Shown: positions 8,051 through 18,319 of the stretch, in pieces
How positions within the stretch are numbered: the first letter of the stretch is position 1
Layout: every line of letters begins with the position of its first letter
Origin: Sumerlaeia bacterium
Lineage (GTDB): Bacteria > Sumerlaeota > Sumerlaeia > SLMS01 > JAHLLQ01
Reading direction: 5' to 3'
Assembly: GCA_040219255.1 (NCBI GenBank)
Contig: JAVJSW010000056.1
Span: 1 to 64,000, forward strand
Length of the DNA: 64,000 nt
Program-made: the position numbers and the translations under genes
Notes under the pieces: model-generated
The model's input: the letters and a program-made list of their open reading frames with translations, nothing else
What the model was told of the DNA's origin: nothing
Databases searched by the model: none

Positions 8051-10528
8051 TCAATCCCCCCGCTCCACCGCCGCTTCCAGCTCCATCACCATGCGCCCGA
8101 CCCGTTCGGCGAAGTCTTCGCTGCTGACGCTGGCTTCCCGCAGGCGTTGCGCCCAAAGCGGGAAGGCCAACGGCGAAAGGCGTTTGGGCTCCACGAGGAC
8201 AAACTCCATGTCCGCCATCGCCTCGAGCGTTTCGCGCATCCGGGCGATTTCCAGTTGGCCTTCCAGCACCTCGCGGCGGGCCTGTTCCAGCAGCAGGTTG
8301 CCGGGATCGAACCGCATGAAGACATCGAAGAGAAGCCCGGCGCTGACGTGGACTTGGCGGGTGGTTTTGCCGCGGCCGGGATAGCCCTGGAGCACGAGAC
8401 CGGCGACGGCGGCGATGTCGCGGAATTGGCGTTTGGCCAGCTCGGACGAGTTCAGGCACTCGAACAAGTCCTCGATCAGCGCGTCGGTCGAAAGCAGCGC
8501 CCGCCATTCGTCTTCGGCGAAATCGAAGGCCTTGGCCGACAGCATTTCGAACCCGTAGTCGTTGCTGGTGAAGGTGATGGATCGCGGGGCGATCTGGCTG
8601 ATGCGCCAGGCCACCACGGGCGCCAGAGCCTCGTGCACCAGCCGCCCGGCGAAGGGGAACAGGTACACGTGGTGGCCCTCGCGGGACTCGATGGATTCGA
8701 TCAGGAATTCCCCCGGAGACGGAATGCGCGAGGTGCGGCTTTGCAGGCGCAGAATCGGCGCCACAGCCCGCATTTCCGGCCCTTCGTAATCGCCCTGGCG
8801 CGCCAGATCCAGCCGCGCCCGCACCCCGCCGGAAAGGTGGCTCGTCAGCGGCATCCGCCCCCCGCCCCATCGCGGCGTGGTCTCGGTCCTCTTCGTGGCG
8901 GGGCGCACGAGGGCCGTCATGTCCTTGATGCGCACCAATTCGAGCGCCCGCCCGGCGAAGAGAAACGCGTTCCCGGGCCGCAGCCGGGCGATGAAGTATT
9001 CCTCGACATGGCCGATGTCGCCGCCGTTGGCGAGCTTGACCCGGATCGTGGCGTTGCTGGAAATCGTGCCGATGTTCAGGCGGTGAATCTTGGCGATGTC
9101 GTCGTTGCGGATTGTCATCCGCCCGTCGCGGTCCGGCGAGACCTTGCGGTATTGCGGGTACGCGCCGAGCGCCCGGCCCCCGATGGTGATGAAGTCCAGG
9201 CACCAGCGCCATTCATCGTCCGACAGGCCGCGATAGGCATGGGCGCCGCGCACCTCGGCCAGCAGTTCCCCGGGCAGGAACCCATCGCCCGCCGCGATGG
9301 TGACCATGTGCTGGACCAGCACATCCAGGGGCTTCTCGAACGGCGTGCGGTTCTCGATGCGCCCGGCCGCCACGGCGTCGCGGGCGGCGGCGTACTCCAC
9401 AAATTCCAGCACGTTGCTCGGCACGCACCGCACCAGACTCGGCTCGCCGGGGCGGTGGCCGCTGCGGCCCGCGCGCTGCACCAGGCGCCCCACGCCCTTG
9501 GGCGAACCGACCTGGATGACCTGATCTACGGGCGAAAAATCGACGCCCAGGTCGAGGCTGCTGGTCGCGACACAAACCTTGATGCGGCCGGACTTCAGGC
9601 CCTCCTCGTTGGCCTCGCGGGTCGCCCGGTCCAGCGACCCATGATGCAGCGCCACCCGGTCCGCCCAGGGCGGGTCGCGATCCAGGATGCTTTGGTGCCA
9701 GATTTCCGCCTGCGACCGCGTGTTCGTGAACAGCAGCGTCGTGCCCGCGCCCTCGATCAGCGTCATCACCTCGGGCAGGAGCTGGATGCCGATGTGGCCG
9801 CTCCAGGGAAAGCGCTCGATGTCCGGCGGCAGAACCGTTTCGATGCGGATGTCCTTGGCGGCGGCGCTGTGCACCATGCGCCCGCGTCCCGCGCCCGAGC
9901 CCAGCAGCACCGCCATCGCTTCCTCCAGATTGCCCAGCGTCGCGCTGACCCCCCAGGTCTGGACCCGCGGGTTCAGGCACCGCAAACGCGCCAGGCACAG
10001 CTCGGTCTGCACACCCCGCTTGCTGCCGATCAGTTCGTGCCATTCATCCACCACGATATGGCGCAGCGTGGCGAAGCGCTCGCGCGTCGCGGGGTAGCTG
10101 AGCAGCAGCGACAGGCTCTCCGGCGTCGTGATCAGGCCGGTCGGCAGGCGCTCTTTCTGGCGGGCGCGGACCGATTGCTTCGTGTCGCCCGTGCGGCCCT
10201 CGACCAGCCACGGGATCCCCAGCATTTCCAGCGGTGCGCGCAAACTGGCGGCGGTGTCGCTGGCCAGCGCCCGCAGCGGCGTGATCCACAGCACGGTCAG
10301 CGGCGGCGCGTCCTTTGGGCTCGCCGGGTGCGGCCAAGCGGAGGGCTCCGGGTGCTCCGCCATCCACTCGATCACCGGCCCCATCCACGCCGCCAACGTC
10401 TTGCCCGTCCCCGTCGGGGCGTGGATCAGACCGCTGTCGCCGTTCAGGTAAGCCTCCCAGGCCTCCAACTGAAACGGAAACGGCTCCCAACCGCGCTCGG
10501 AGAAAAACTGGCGAATGGCGTCTTGCAT
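8051..10528 (-). CDS. Ligase-associated DNA damage response DEXH-box helicase (Lhr-core family)
   Basis: APTGTGKT, ITPLRAL, DEWHEL, SATLGN, HHGSL, ATSSLDLGVD, QRAGRSGH, FPFAGR. Confidence 0.92.
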   Translation of the reverse strand: MQDAIRQFFSERGWEPFPFQLEAWEAYLNGDSGLIHAPTGTGKTLAAWMGPVIEWMAEHPEPSAWPHPASPKDAPPLTVLWITPLRALASDTAASLRAPLEMLGIPWLVEGRTGDTKQSVRARQKERLPTGLITTPESLSLLLSYPATRERFATLRHIVVDEWHELIGSKRGVQTELCLARLRCLNPRVQTWGVSATLGNLEEAMAVLLGSGAGRGRMVHSAAAKDIRIETVLPPDIERFPWSGHIGIQLLPEVMTLIEGAGTTLLFTNTRSQAEIWHQSILDRDPPWADRVALHHGSLDRATREANEEGLKSGRIKVCVATSSLDLGVDFSPVDQVIQVGSPKGVGRLVQRAGRSGHRPGEPSLVRCVPSNVLEFVEYAAARDAVAAGRIENRTPFEKPLDVLVQHMVTIAAGDGFLPGELLAEVRGAHAYRGLSDDEWRWCLDFITIGGRALGAYPQYRKVSPDRDGRMTIRNDDIAKIHRLNIGTISSNATIRVKLANGGDIGHVEEYFIARLRPGNAFLFAGRALELVRIKDMTALVRPATKRTETTPRWGGGRMPLTSHLSGGVRARLDLARQGDYEGPEMRAVAPILRLQSRTSRIPSPGEFLIESIESREGHHVYLFPFAGRLVHEALAPVVAWRISQIAPRSITFTSNDYGFEMLSAKAFDFAEDEWRALLSTDALIEDLFECLNSSELAKRQFRDIAAVAGLVLQGYPGRGKTTRQVHVSAGLLFDVFMRFDPGNLLLEQARREVLEGQLEIARMRETLEAMADMEFVLVEPKRLSPLAFPLWAQRLREASVSSEDFAERVGRMVMELEAAVERGD

Positions 10529-10545
10529 GATGAAGGAGTTTGGAA

Positions 10546-10604
10546 CCGCGGATGGACGCTGATGGACGCGGAGAAATATCTGTGTCCATCCGCGTCATCT
10601 GCGG
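10546..10604. repeat. Short inverted repeat built from ~10-bp units (CCGCG-GATGGACGCT-GATGGACGCG-GA / TCTGTGTCCATCCGCGTCATCTGCGG)
   Basis: Directly visible; fills most of the yaaA-helicase spacer. Confidence 0.75.
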
Positions 10605-10608
10605 CCAA

Positions 10609-11280
10609 TTATTCTTCCTTTAGGAATCGTGTTCCATCCCAGAAATACCCCTCGTCCCGAAACTCCACAAACTCATCCGGCGTCTTGATTTGGTTTTCGC
10701 AAAGCCACCGGACGAATTTGCCTTTCACCAGCTTTCCATGATGCGCGGCGGGTTTCCGTTTGCCCGCCGACTGAACATAGAAATCCACGGCGAGGCCGTT
10801 CTCACACGCAACCGCTTTGCGGTGGGCCTGGGGCAGCAGATCGAGGACGAACGTCGCTCCTAGTTCCTCGGCGATGACCGGTTTCCAGAGCTTCGCGGCA
10901 TCGAGCTTGTCCATCCGCAGTTTATAGTCCGGCAGGGGATCCCTCGGCGCGACAAGACCAAACAGCGGCGAGACTATGCGGACGTGCTTGTCGAAGTGCG
11001 TACGTGCTTTCTTGTCCAAACTCGCATAGTCGATGCCCTGATAAACCACGCCTTTATAGCGTTCGATGGCGGGCATGGTCGGGGAGGCGAGGACGTTTTC
11101 GTTCGCTTCCAGGGCCGCCGCCAAGGCTTTGCCCTTCACACCGTGGAGCTTCTCGGCGTCGCCGTCGAACGTGTTGAGCCGGGCGATCAGATCGCCCGTG
11201 GTGGGCGAAGGCGCCTCGCCCAGGGGCGGACCGGCGCCACCGGGGGTTTTGCCTTCGGAATGGGGGATCAATATCAGCAT
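10609..11280 (-). CDS. yaaA: YaaA/DUF328 family peroxide-stress DNA-binding protein
   Basis: MLILIPHSEGK, PAIERYKGVVYQG, SPLFGLV..DYKLRM, KLVKGKFVRW. Confidence 0.85.
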   Translation of the reverse strand: MLILIPHSEGKTPGGAGPPLGEAPSPTTGDLIARLNTFDGDAEKLHGVKGKALAAALEANENVLASPTMPAIERYKGVVYQGIDYASLDKKARTHFDKHVRIVSPLFGLVAPRDPLPDYKLRMDKLDAAKLWKPVIAEELGATFVLDLLPQAHRKAVACENGLAVDFYVQSAGKRKPAAHHGKLVKGKFVRWLCENQIKTPDEFVEFRDEGYFWDGTRFLKEE

Positions 11281-11291
11281 AGTGAACTTTC

Positions 11292-12929
11292 TTAGGAATC
11301 ACCTTTTTGCATGGCGAGAAGCGATTGCAGCGACGCGAGCGTATCCGCTTCCTCGGCTGTCTTATCGTCGCGCAAACGGACAATGCGCGGAAAGCGTGTG
11401 GCGATGCCGCTCTTGTGGCGCTTCGATTCTTGCAGCCCTTCAAAGGCCAATTCCATCACCCGCTCCGGTTTCACGATACGCACGGGACCGTGGCTTTCCA
11501 GGGTGTTTTGACGGATCCACCGATCCACTTCGCGGATTTCTTGATCGGTCAATCCGCTGTACGCTTTCATCACGGGCACCAGTTCCCCTTCGTCGGTCCA
11601 GACACCGAAGGTATAATCCGTGTAGAGGCTCGCCCGCCGGCCGTGCCCGCGTTGGGCATAGATCATCACGCAATCGGCGGTGTAGGGTTCGACCTTCCAT
11701 TTCCACCAATCGCCCTTGGCCCGGCCAACGCGATAGGGCGAGTCGCGGCGCTTGAGCATAAAGCCCTCGACGCGGCGTTCGCGGCTTTCTTCGCGCAACG
11801 CCCGCAGCGCCTCCCAGCTTTCCGCCTCCACCACCGGCGACGGGAAAATCGGCAACTCGGCGGTAAGCGGCGCCAGCACCGCCTCCAGCCGCCGCCGCCG
11901 CTCGGTCATGGGTTCGCCGCGCCGGTCCTCGCCCTCGCTCTCCATCAGGTCGTAGGCCATGAACGCCACGGGCACATCGCGGCGGATTTTGGGCCCGGCG
12001 GTCTTGCGCGTGATGCGTTTTTGCAGGTCGCCGAACGGCATCGGCATTCCCTCGCGCCAGCCCAGCACCTCCCCGTCCAGCACGGTACCATCGGGCAGCG
12101 CCCGCGCCGCCTCGGCGATTTCCGGAAAGCGCTCGGTGATCAGCTCCTCGCCTCGGCTCCAAAGGATCGTCTGGCCCGCGCGGCGGATCAATTGGGCGCG
12201 GATGCCGTCCCACTTCCATTCGACCTGCCACTCCGCCAGATCGCCGAGCGCCTCGCCCAGGGAACCCCGTTTCCGGACTTCGTCCTCCAGCGGATAAGCC
12301 AGATAGAACGGATAGGGTTGGGCCGGGTCGGCGGCGATGGCCACGTCGTCACAGGCCACGATGCGGCAGTAATCCTCGGCCGTCGGCTGCCATTTTCCCG
12401 CCACCCGGTGGGCCATGATGGCCGGTTCGAAGCCCGCGACATTGGCCAGCGCCCGCACCACCAGGGTCTTCGCCACGCCCACGCGGAAGCCGCCGAGGAT
12501 GAGTTTGTGCCAGACGAAGCGCTGGCGCGTGTTCATTTCCGCCCAGGTCCTGCGCAGAAGAGCGCGCCGGTCCGCTTCTTCCATGGTCTTCAGGGGCCGG
12601 ATGCGTTCCGTGGCCACGCGGTGCAGCGGCAGGTCCGAGCCCTCCGGGTGGGGCTCGGGAGTCAAGAGCGCGGCCGTTTCCGCCAAATCCCCCACAGCGC
12701 CGTAGCATTCCTCCATCAGCCAGAGCGGCAGGCCCGAGTCCTCGGCGACCCACTCGCGCAGGACGCGGCTGTTCACGCCTCGGGGCAGGCGGTTGCCCGT
12801 CAGAAACCACAGCGCCCAGGCCGCGTCTTCGGGCTCGGCGGCGCGAAAATACCGCTCCAGCGCCGCCACCTTCTCGGTGGTGCGGTTGGTTTCGTCCAAT
12901 TCGGTGTACAGCCGCGTGAAGAGTCGCAT
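11292..12929 (-). CDS. ATP-dependent DNA ligase, damage-response type
   Basis: [10 protein letters not shown] (adenylated Lys), [39 protein letters not shown]. Confidence 0.93.
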   Translation of the reverse strand: MRLFTRLYTELDETNRTTEKVAALERYFRAAEPEDAAWALWFLTGNRLPRGVNSRVLREWVAEDSGLPLWLMEECYGAVGDLAETAALLTPEPHPEGSDLPLHRVATERIRPLKTMEEADRRALLRRTWAEMNTRQRFVWHKLILGGFRVGVAKTLVVRALANVAGFEPAIMAHRVAGKWQPTAEDYCRIVACDDVAIAADPAQPYPFYLAYPLEDEVRKRGSLGEALGDLAEWQVEWKWDGIRAQLIRRAGQTILWSRGEELITERFPEIAEAARALPDGTVLDGEVLGWREGMPMPFGDLQKRITRKTAGPKIRRDVPVAFMAYDLMESEGEDRRGEPMTERRRRLEAVLAPLTAELPIFPSPVVEAESWEALRALREESRERRVEGFMLKRRDSPYRVGRAKGDWWKWKVEPYTADCVMIYAQRGHGRRASLYTDYTFGVWTDEGELVPVMKAYSGLTDQEIREVDRWIRQNTLESHGPVRIVKPERVMELAFEGLQESKRHKSGIATRFPRIVRLRDDKTAEEADTLASLQSLLAMQKGDS

Positions 12930-12972
12930 CGCCGGGCCCGGGAAACGAGGATCGTGCCGGGGAAATCCGCTT

Positions 12973-12988
12973 CGGCATCGCCCTTGCA
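12973..12988 (+). promoter_or_regulatory. Putative sigma54 promoter CGGCATCGCCCTTGCA
   Basis: GG at 12974-75 and GC at 12986-87 with GGCA and TTGCA cores, 57 nt upstream of the macrodomain ATG, in a divergent intergenic region. Confidence 0.45.
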
Positions 12989-13045
12989 ACTTGCCGTGAA
13001 AAACCCGCCGAGGCCATTCAAATCCTCGAAAAGCGAACCCACCCT

Positions 13046-13555
13046 ATGCCCGCCACCCTCAAAGCCATCCAGGCCGACATCACCACCCTCGACGTGGACG
13101 CCATCGTCAACGCGGCGAAGAACAGCCTCCTTGGCGGCGGGGGCGTCGATGGTGCGATCCATCGCGCCGCTGGGCCGGATTTGCTGGCGGAATGCCGGGG
13201 GCTGGGGGGCTGCGACACCGGCGGCGCGAAGCTGACGGCGGGCTATCGCCTGCCCGCCCGCCACGTGATTCACACCGTCGGCCCGGTTTGGCGCGGTGGA
13301 GGCAATGGCGAGCCTGAGCGTCTGGCGAGCTGCTACCGCCGCTGCCTGGAAATCGCCGGCGAGCAAAGCTTCACCTCCCTCGCCTTTCCCTGCATCAGCA
13401 CCGGCGTCTATGGCTATCCGGCGGACCAGGCAGCCTCCATCGCCGTGGCGACGGTTCGCGCCCATCTGGCGGAGGCACCGCGGCTCGAAGAGGTAATCTT
13501 CTGCTGCTTCTCCGATTCGGACCGGCTGCTCTACGAGCGGGTTCTGGCGGGCTAA
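13046..13555 (+). CDS. Macrodomain O-acetyl-ADP-ribose deacetylase (YmdB-like)
   Basis: [49 protein letters not shown]. Confidence 0.93.
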   Translation: MPATLKAIQADITTLDVDAIVNAAKNSLLGGGGVDGAIHRAAGPDLLAECRGLGGCDTGGAKLTAGYRLPARHVIHTVGPVWRGGGNGEPERLASCYRRCLEIAGEQSFTSLAFPCISTGVYGYPADQAASIAVATVRAHLAEAPRLEEVIFCCFSDSDRLLYERVLAG

Positions 13556-13599
13556 CCGGACCCTTCACCTCAGGCCGATTGTTTCAGGACATTGCCCCC

Positions 13600-15300
13600 A
13601 TGACCTCCCATTCTGAGAACGCCATCGCATCCGCCTCAAAACGCGCCCCCGAGGGCCGGACGTGGGTGCTGGTGTTCTACGATCAGCTCTCGGACGAAAT
13701 CGGCCCGCTGGCGCGTCTGGATCCCGAGGCCGCGGGCATTGTGCTGATCGAGAGCCGGGCCTATTTCCGGCGCCGGCCCTACCACAAGCAGCGCATCGCC
13801 CTTCTGATCGCCAACCAGCGCCAGTTCGCCCGCGAGCAGGCCGAGCGTGGCGTGGCCGTCCGCTACGTTCGCACGGACGAGAGTTTTCGCAAAGCCCTCG
13901 GGCCGATCACGGAAGACCTCGGCCCGCTCCTCTGCATGGTCCCGGCGGAACTGGAAACGCGCATCGAGCTGGAGCCGCTGATCGAAGACGGCCGCGTTCG
14001 GACGGAGCCGCATGGGGGCTGGATCACCACCCCGGAGGATTTCCGCCAGGGCGCCGGCGATCCGCCCTGGCTGATGGATTCGTTCTATCGCCATGTACGC
14101 AAGACGTACGGTTTCCTGATGGAGGGCCGGAAGTACGCCGGCGGGAAATTGAGTTTCGACCACGAGAACCGCGAACCGTGGTCCGGCGATCCCCCGGCTC
14201 CCGAGCCCCCGGCCTTCGAGCCTGACGCCATCACCCGCGAAGTCGCGGACCTGATCGCCCGCGATTACGCCGAATTCCCCGGCGAGGTCGATCTCGCCGC
14301 CCTGCCTGCCACCAGGGCGGACGCCGAGGCCTGCTGGGCCTGGGCCAAGGCCGAGTGCATGCGGCACTTCGGCGCCTACGAAGACGCCATGTCGACGAAG
14401 TCCTCGACGGTTTTCCACACGCGCCTGTCGGCGCTCATCAACCTGCACCGGCTGCTGCCGCTGCGCGTCGCGCGCGAGGCCGAGGGCCTCGACATCCCGC
14501 TCAACAGCAAGGAAGGCTTCATCCGGCAGATCGTCGGCTGGCGCGAGTACATGCGCCACGTCCACGAGCGAACCGATGGCTTCCGCGTCCTGGTCGACGG
14601 GACGGCGAACCCGTGCGTGGCCGTAAAACCCGGCGACGGGGGCTGGGGGCGCTGGACCGGCAAGGCCTGGCCCTATGAGGAAACTTGCGGCGGCGCCCTC
14701 GACGGCGGGGCGGAGCCCACGGCCCTCGAGCGCGAGACGCCCCTGCCGCCCGCCTATTGGGGCGTGCCGAGCGGGCTGAACTGCCTGGACTCGGTGGTGG
14801 CCGATGTTTGGCGCGAGGCTTACAGCCATCACATCACCCGGCTCATGGTGCTCAGCAACATCGCGACGCTGCTGGATGTGTCGCCCCGGGAACTGACCGA
14901 CTGGTTTTTGGTGGCTTACTGGGATTCCTATGACTGGGTCACGGAGCCGAATGTTCTCGGCATGGGGACCTATGGTATGGGACAAATGTTAACCACAAAG
15001 CCGTACGTCTCCGGTTCGAATTACCTCGACAACATGAGCGATTACTGCGGCTCCTGCGCGTTCGACCCGCAAAAGAGTTGCCCAATCCGATTTTTCTATT
15101 GGGCTTTTCTGGCGCGTCATGAAGGCTCCCTGCGCGGTGTCGGCCGGCTCAACCGGATGTACGCCTCGCTCGACCGGCGCGGCCCTGGGCAGCGCGCCGA
15201 GGACGGGCGGGTTTTCGAGCGGGCCCGCGACCTCTTAATCAAGGGTAATAGCTTGACGCCCGAAGCGATGGCCGGAGAATTGACCCTATGGACGCATTAA
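13600..15300 (+). CDS. Cryptochrome/photolyase, FeS-BCP ((6-4) photolyase PhrB/CryB-like) subfamily
   Basis: DQL, HKQRI, EGFIRQIVGWREY, HHITRLMV, TKPYVSGSNY, four Fe-S Cys (NCL; SDYCGSC..SCP). Confidence 0.9.
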   Translation: MTSHSENAIASASKRAPEGRTWVLVFYDQLSDEIGPLARLDPEAAGIVLIESRAYFRRRPYHKQRIALLIANQRQFAREQAERGVAVRYVRTDESFRKALGPITEDLGPLLCMVPAELETRIELEPLIEDGRVRTEPHGGWITTPEDFRQGAGDPPWLMDSFYRHVRKTYGFLMEGRKYAGGKLSFDHENREPWSGDPPAPEPPAFEPDAITREVADLIARDYAEFPGEVDLAALPATRADAEACWAWAKAECMRHFGAYEDAMSTKSSTVFHTRLSALINLHRLLPLRVAREAEGLDIPLNSKEGFIRQIVGWREYMRHVHERTDGFRVLVDGTANPCVAVKPGDGGWGRWTGKAWPYEETCGGALDGGAEPTALERETPLPPAYWGVPSGLNCLDSVVADVWREAYSHHITRLMVLSNIATLLDVSPRELTDWFLVAYWDSYDWVTEPNVLGMGTYGMGQMLTTKPYVSGSNYLDNMSDYCGSCAFDPQKSCPIRFFYWAFLARHEGSLRGVGRLNRMYASLDRRGPGQRAEDGRVFERARDLLIKGNSLTPEAMAGELTLWTH

Positions 15301-16295
15301 CGCCTCTCACACCCGGCCAGCGCTGCCTGATCGTCGGAGCCGGCATGGCCGGTCTGGCCGCCGCCCGCGTTCTGCACGATGCCGGAATCGAAGTCGTGAT
15401 TCTGGAAAAAAGCCGCGGCGTGGGTGGCCGCATGGCTACGCGGCGCCTCGGCGATCCCCCCGCCCGCGTCGATACCGGCGCCCAATACATCAGTGCCAAG
15501 TCGCCCGAATTCCAAGCCCTCATCGACGAATGCCTCGCGGCCGGCGCCGCCAAAGTCTGGACCATCGGCATCCCCGACGATCACGGTGGCCGCAAGAACA
15601 GCCACCCCCGCTACGTTGGCGCGGATGGCATGACGGCGATCCCGAAACACATGGCCCACGGTTTGGAAATCCATTACGAAGAACGTCTCGCCAAAGCCGC
15701 CGTCGATGGCGACCGGTGGGCCGTGAAAACCGAAACGGGGGCGCGCTTCACCGCCAACGCCATGATCCTGACCCCGCCGGTGCCCCAGGCCCTCGACATC
15801 GCCGCCCAGGGCACCGTGCCCCTCGACCCCGAGGCGCAGGCGATCCTGAGCCGCGTGACCTACGATCCCTGCATCGCCACGCTTCTGCTCCTCGATCAGC
15901 CCAGCGTCCTGCCCGACCCGGGCGGCATGACGATCCTGGAAACGGAACCCATCGTCTGGGTCGCCGACGCGTTCAAGAAGGGCATCAGCGAACGCCCTTG
16001 TCTCCTGGTTCACGCCGGGCCCCGATGGAGCCGCGACAACTTCGACGACAACGACGCCCACATCGTCCGCCTGATGACCGAGGTCTGCCGCCCCTACCTC
16101 GGTGAAGCCAACGTCACCGCCAGCCAAGTCCGCCGCTGGAAGTTCAGCGTCCCCCAGAACCGCCCCTCGGTGCCGATGCTGGTGGGCCACGCCGAACCGC
16201 CGCTGCTCTTCGCCGGCGATGCCTTTGGCGGGGCCAAGGTGGAAGGTGCCTTCCTCAGCGGCCTCGCTGCGGCGCGCGCCTTGCTCGGGCAATAA
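15288..16295 (+). CDS. Renalase-like FAD-dependent oxidoreductase
   Basis: GAGMAG, EKSRGVGGRMATRR, DTGAQY, AGD..VEGAFLSG. Confidence 0.88.
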   Translation: MDALTPLTPGQRCLIVGAGMAGLAAARVLHDAGIEVVILEKSRGVGGRMATRRLGDPPARVDTGAQYISAKSPEFQALIDECLAAGAAKVWTIGIPDDHGGRKNSHPRYVGADGMTAIPKHMAHGLEIHYEERLAKAAVDGDRWAVKTETGARFTANAMILTPPVPQALDIAAQGTVPLDPEAQAILSRVTYDPCIATLLLLDQPSVLPDPGGMTILETEPIVWVADAFKKGISERPCLLVHAGPRWSRDNFDDNDAHIVRLMTEVCRPYLGEANVTASQVRRWKFSVPQNRPSVPMLVGHAEPPLLFAGDAFGGAKVEGAFLSGLAAARALLGQ

Positions 16296-16327
16296 GCCCC
16301 CGCATACCGCTCGAAACCACCTCCCCC

Positions 16328-17359
16328 ATGCCCCTGCTCGAACACACAGACCAAGGCCTGTACTGCGCCGCCGGGGATTTCCACATCGATCCCTATCGCA
16401 AGGTCGAGCGCGCCATCATCACCCACGCCCACGCCGATCACGCGCGCTGGGGCATGGGGACTTATCTGTGCGCCGAGGAAGGCCGCGAGGTCCTGCGCCA
16501 GCGCGTTCACGAGGGCGCCCCGATCGAAGCCGAGCCCTATGGCAAGGCGCGTGATATCAACGGTGTGCGGATTAGCTTCCACCCCGCCGGTCATCTCCTC
16601 GGCAGCGCCCAGGTCCGCGTCGAGCACAAGGGCGAAGTCTGGGTCGTGACCGGTGACTACAAGACCGAGCCGGATCGCACCTGCGCGCCCTTCGAGCCGG
16701 TGCGCTGCCACACCTTCATCACCGAGTGCACCTTCGGCTTGCCGATCTATCGCTGGCCACCGCAGCAGCACGTCTTCGACGAGATCAACGCCTGGTGGCG
16801 GGGCAATCGCGAGCGCGGCTGGACCAGTTGCCTGTTCGGGTACAGCCTGGGCAAGGCGCAGCGGCTCATCTCCGGCCTCGATCCGGCCATCGGGCCGATC
16901 CTGGTGCATGGCGCCGTGGACCGCTTCGTCCAGGTCTATCGCCAAGCCGGGATCGATCTGCCGCCGACCCAACCCGCCACGGCCGAGGCGGCCAAGGAAC
17001 ACAAGGGGCGCTGCATCGTGGTGGCGCCGCCGAGCGCCGGAAACTCGCCCTGGATCCGCAAATTCGCCCCCTTCAGTCTGGCCTTCGCCAGCGGCTGGAT
17101 GATGATCCGCGGCACGCGGCGGCGGCGCTCGCTGGACCGGGGCTTTGTCCTCAGCGACCACGTCGATTGGCCCAGCCTGCTGGCCACCATCGACGCCACC
17201 GGAGCCGAAACCATCGTGGCGACCCACGGCTACAAGAGCGCCCTCGTGCGCTACCTGCGCGAACAGGGCCGCAACGCCTACGCCCTCGATACGCAGTTCA
17301 CCGGCGAAGACGGTGACGAAGAGCCCGCCGAAGCGCCGCCGCAGGGCTCTGTGTCCTAG
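16328..17359 (+). CDS. Ligase-associated DNA damage response exonuclease (MBL/beta-CASP fold)
   Basis: THAHADHAR, PAGHLLGSAQ, GDYK, ECTFGLP, YSLGKAQR, ASGWM, SDHVDW, THG. Confidence 0.92.
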   Translation: MPLLEHTDQGLYCAAGDFHIDPYRKVERAIITHAHADHARWGMGTYLCAEEGREVLRQRVHEGAPIEAEPYGKARDINGVRISFHPAGHLLGSAQVRVEHKGEVWVVTGDYKTEPDRTCAPFEPVRCHTFITECTFGLPIYRWPPQQHVFDEINAWWRGNRERGWTSCLFGYSLGKAQRLISGLDPAIGPILVHGAVDRFVQVYRQAGIDLPPTQPATAEAAKEHKGRCIVVAPPSAGNSPWIRKFAPFSLAFASGWMMIRGTRRRRSLDRGFVLSDHVDWPSLLATIDATGAETIVATHGYKSALVRYLREQGRNAYALDTQFTGEDGDEEPAEAPPQGSVS

Positions 17360-17396
17360 GGAGGGGCGTGGCGGTCAAAGTGACCTTTCAAGAAAG

Positions 17397-17704
17397 TTCG
17401 CCACGGAGACCCAGAGGTACGAAGAGGTTTGATTATGATGAGGTTGCGAAGAATCATGGCTAGAAGCATTTGCTTGTCCGGACGACTGAGGAAAGCCAAC
17501 CCCTTTCAAAAAAAGAAATCGAAAAAGATCGGTGAAATCTTGAGAATCCACCCTTCATTTCTTAGTGTCGGAGTGAAACAGTTTGGCGGTAGTCTCATGT
17601 GTCCAGCCGTAGGTTGCTGATTTGATGCAACATAAAGGAAAATGCTCCGCTGACTTTTGATTCTTCTTTGTGAAACCTCTGTCCTCTGTGCGCTCTGGGG
17701 TGAA
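17397..17704. repeat. 308-bp element: inverted CRCAGAG-repeat arms (17397-17426, 17666-17704) around an AT-rich interior
   Basis: Reverse complement of the right arm matches 20601-20639 at 33/39 nt; a sample interior line is about 43% GC. Confidence 0.7.
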
Positions 17705-17812
17705 GGATCGCGGGGCCGCCCGGCGGGCGGTGCGCCTGTCCTTGACCCCTCGCCCCGGCGGCGCCATGGATGGCATCGAGTTTCACCCTGCCGTCTTTGG
17801 AGGACGCCCCCG

Positions 17813-18295
17813 ATGGGATTGTTCGATAAGTTGTTTGGCCGCTCGAAGCCCGAGCCGGACGAGAAGTCCGGCGCCGACGCCTTCGACCCCGCGGAAGCCC
17901 CCACCATGTCCCGCGAGGAGCTGGAGAAGCACCTGAAGGATGCCCCGGAGAACGAAGACGAGGACTGGCAGAACCAGGGCACGCCCCAGGAAATGCAGCC
18001 CGCCGAAGTCCGCAAGGCTCTCGAAAGCGACAACCCCCCGGTCCTCCTCGATGTGCGCGAGGTCCCCGAACTCTCCGCCGACGGCTACATCCCCGGCAGC
18101 GTCCATATCCCCATGAGCGAAATCCAGGGCCGCGTCGGCGAACTCGATCCCGCCAAGCCCACCGTCGTTTACTGCCGCAGCGGTATGCGCAGCTTCGATG
18201 TCGGGTTCCTCCTGATCGAAAACGGCTTCAAAGACGTTTCGAACCTCAACGGCGGAATCCTCGAATGGGATGGCGAGAAAGCCTTCCCCCAATAA
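17813..18295 (+). CDS. Rhodanese-like domain protein
   Basis: LLDVRE..GYIPGSVHIP, VYCRSGMRS, LNGGILEW. Confidence 0.9.
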   Translation: MGLFDKLFGRSKPEPDEKSGADAFDPAEAPTMSREELEKHLKDAPENEDEDWQNQGTPQEMQPAEVRKALESDNPPVLLDVREVPELSADGYIPGSVHIPMSEIQGRVGELDPAKPTVVYCRSGMRSFDVGFLLIENGFKDVSNLNGGILEWDGEKAFPQ

Positions 18296-18319
18296 GTGCG
18301 CTCGACCGCGAACGACCCG

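Noticed and set aside
17429-17620. Small ORFs inside the AT-rich inserts (also 20653..20859)
   Set aside because: No RBS, no motifs, atypical codons and no mutual similarity; treated as non-coding
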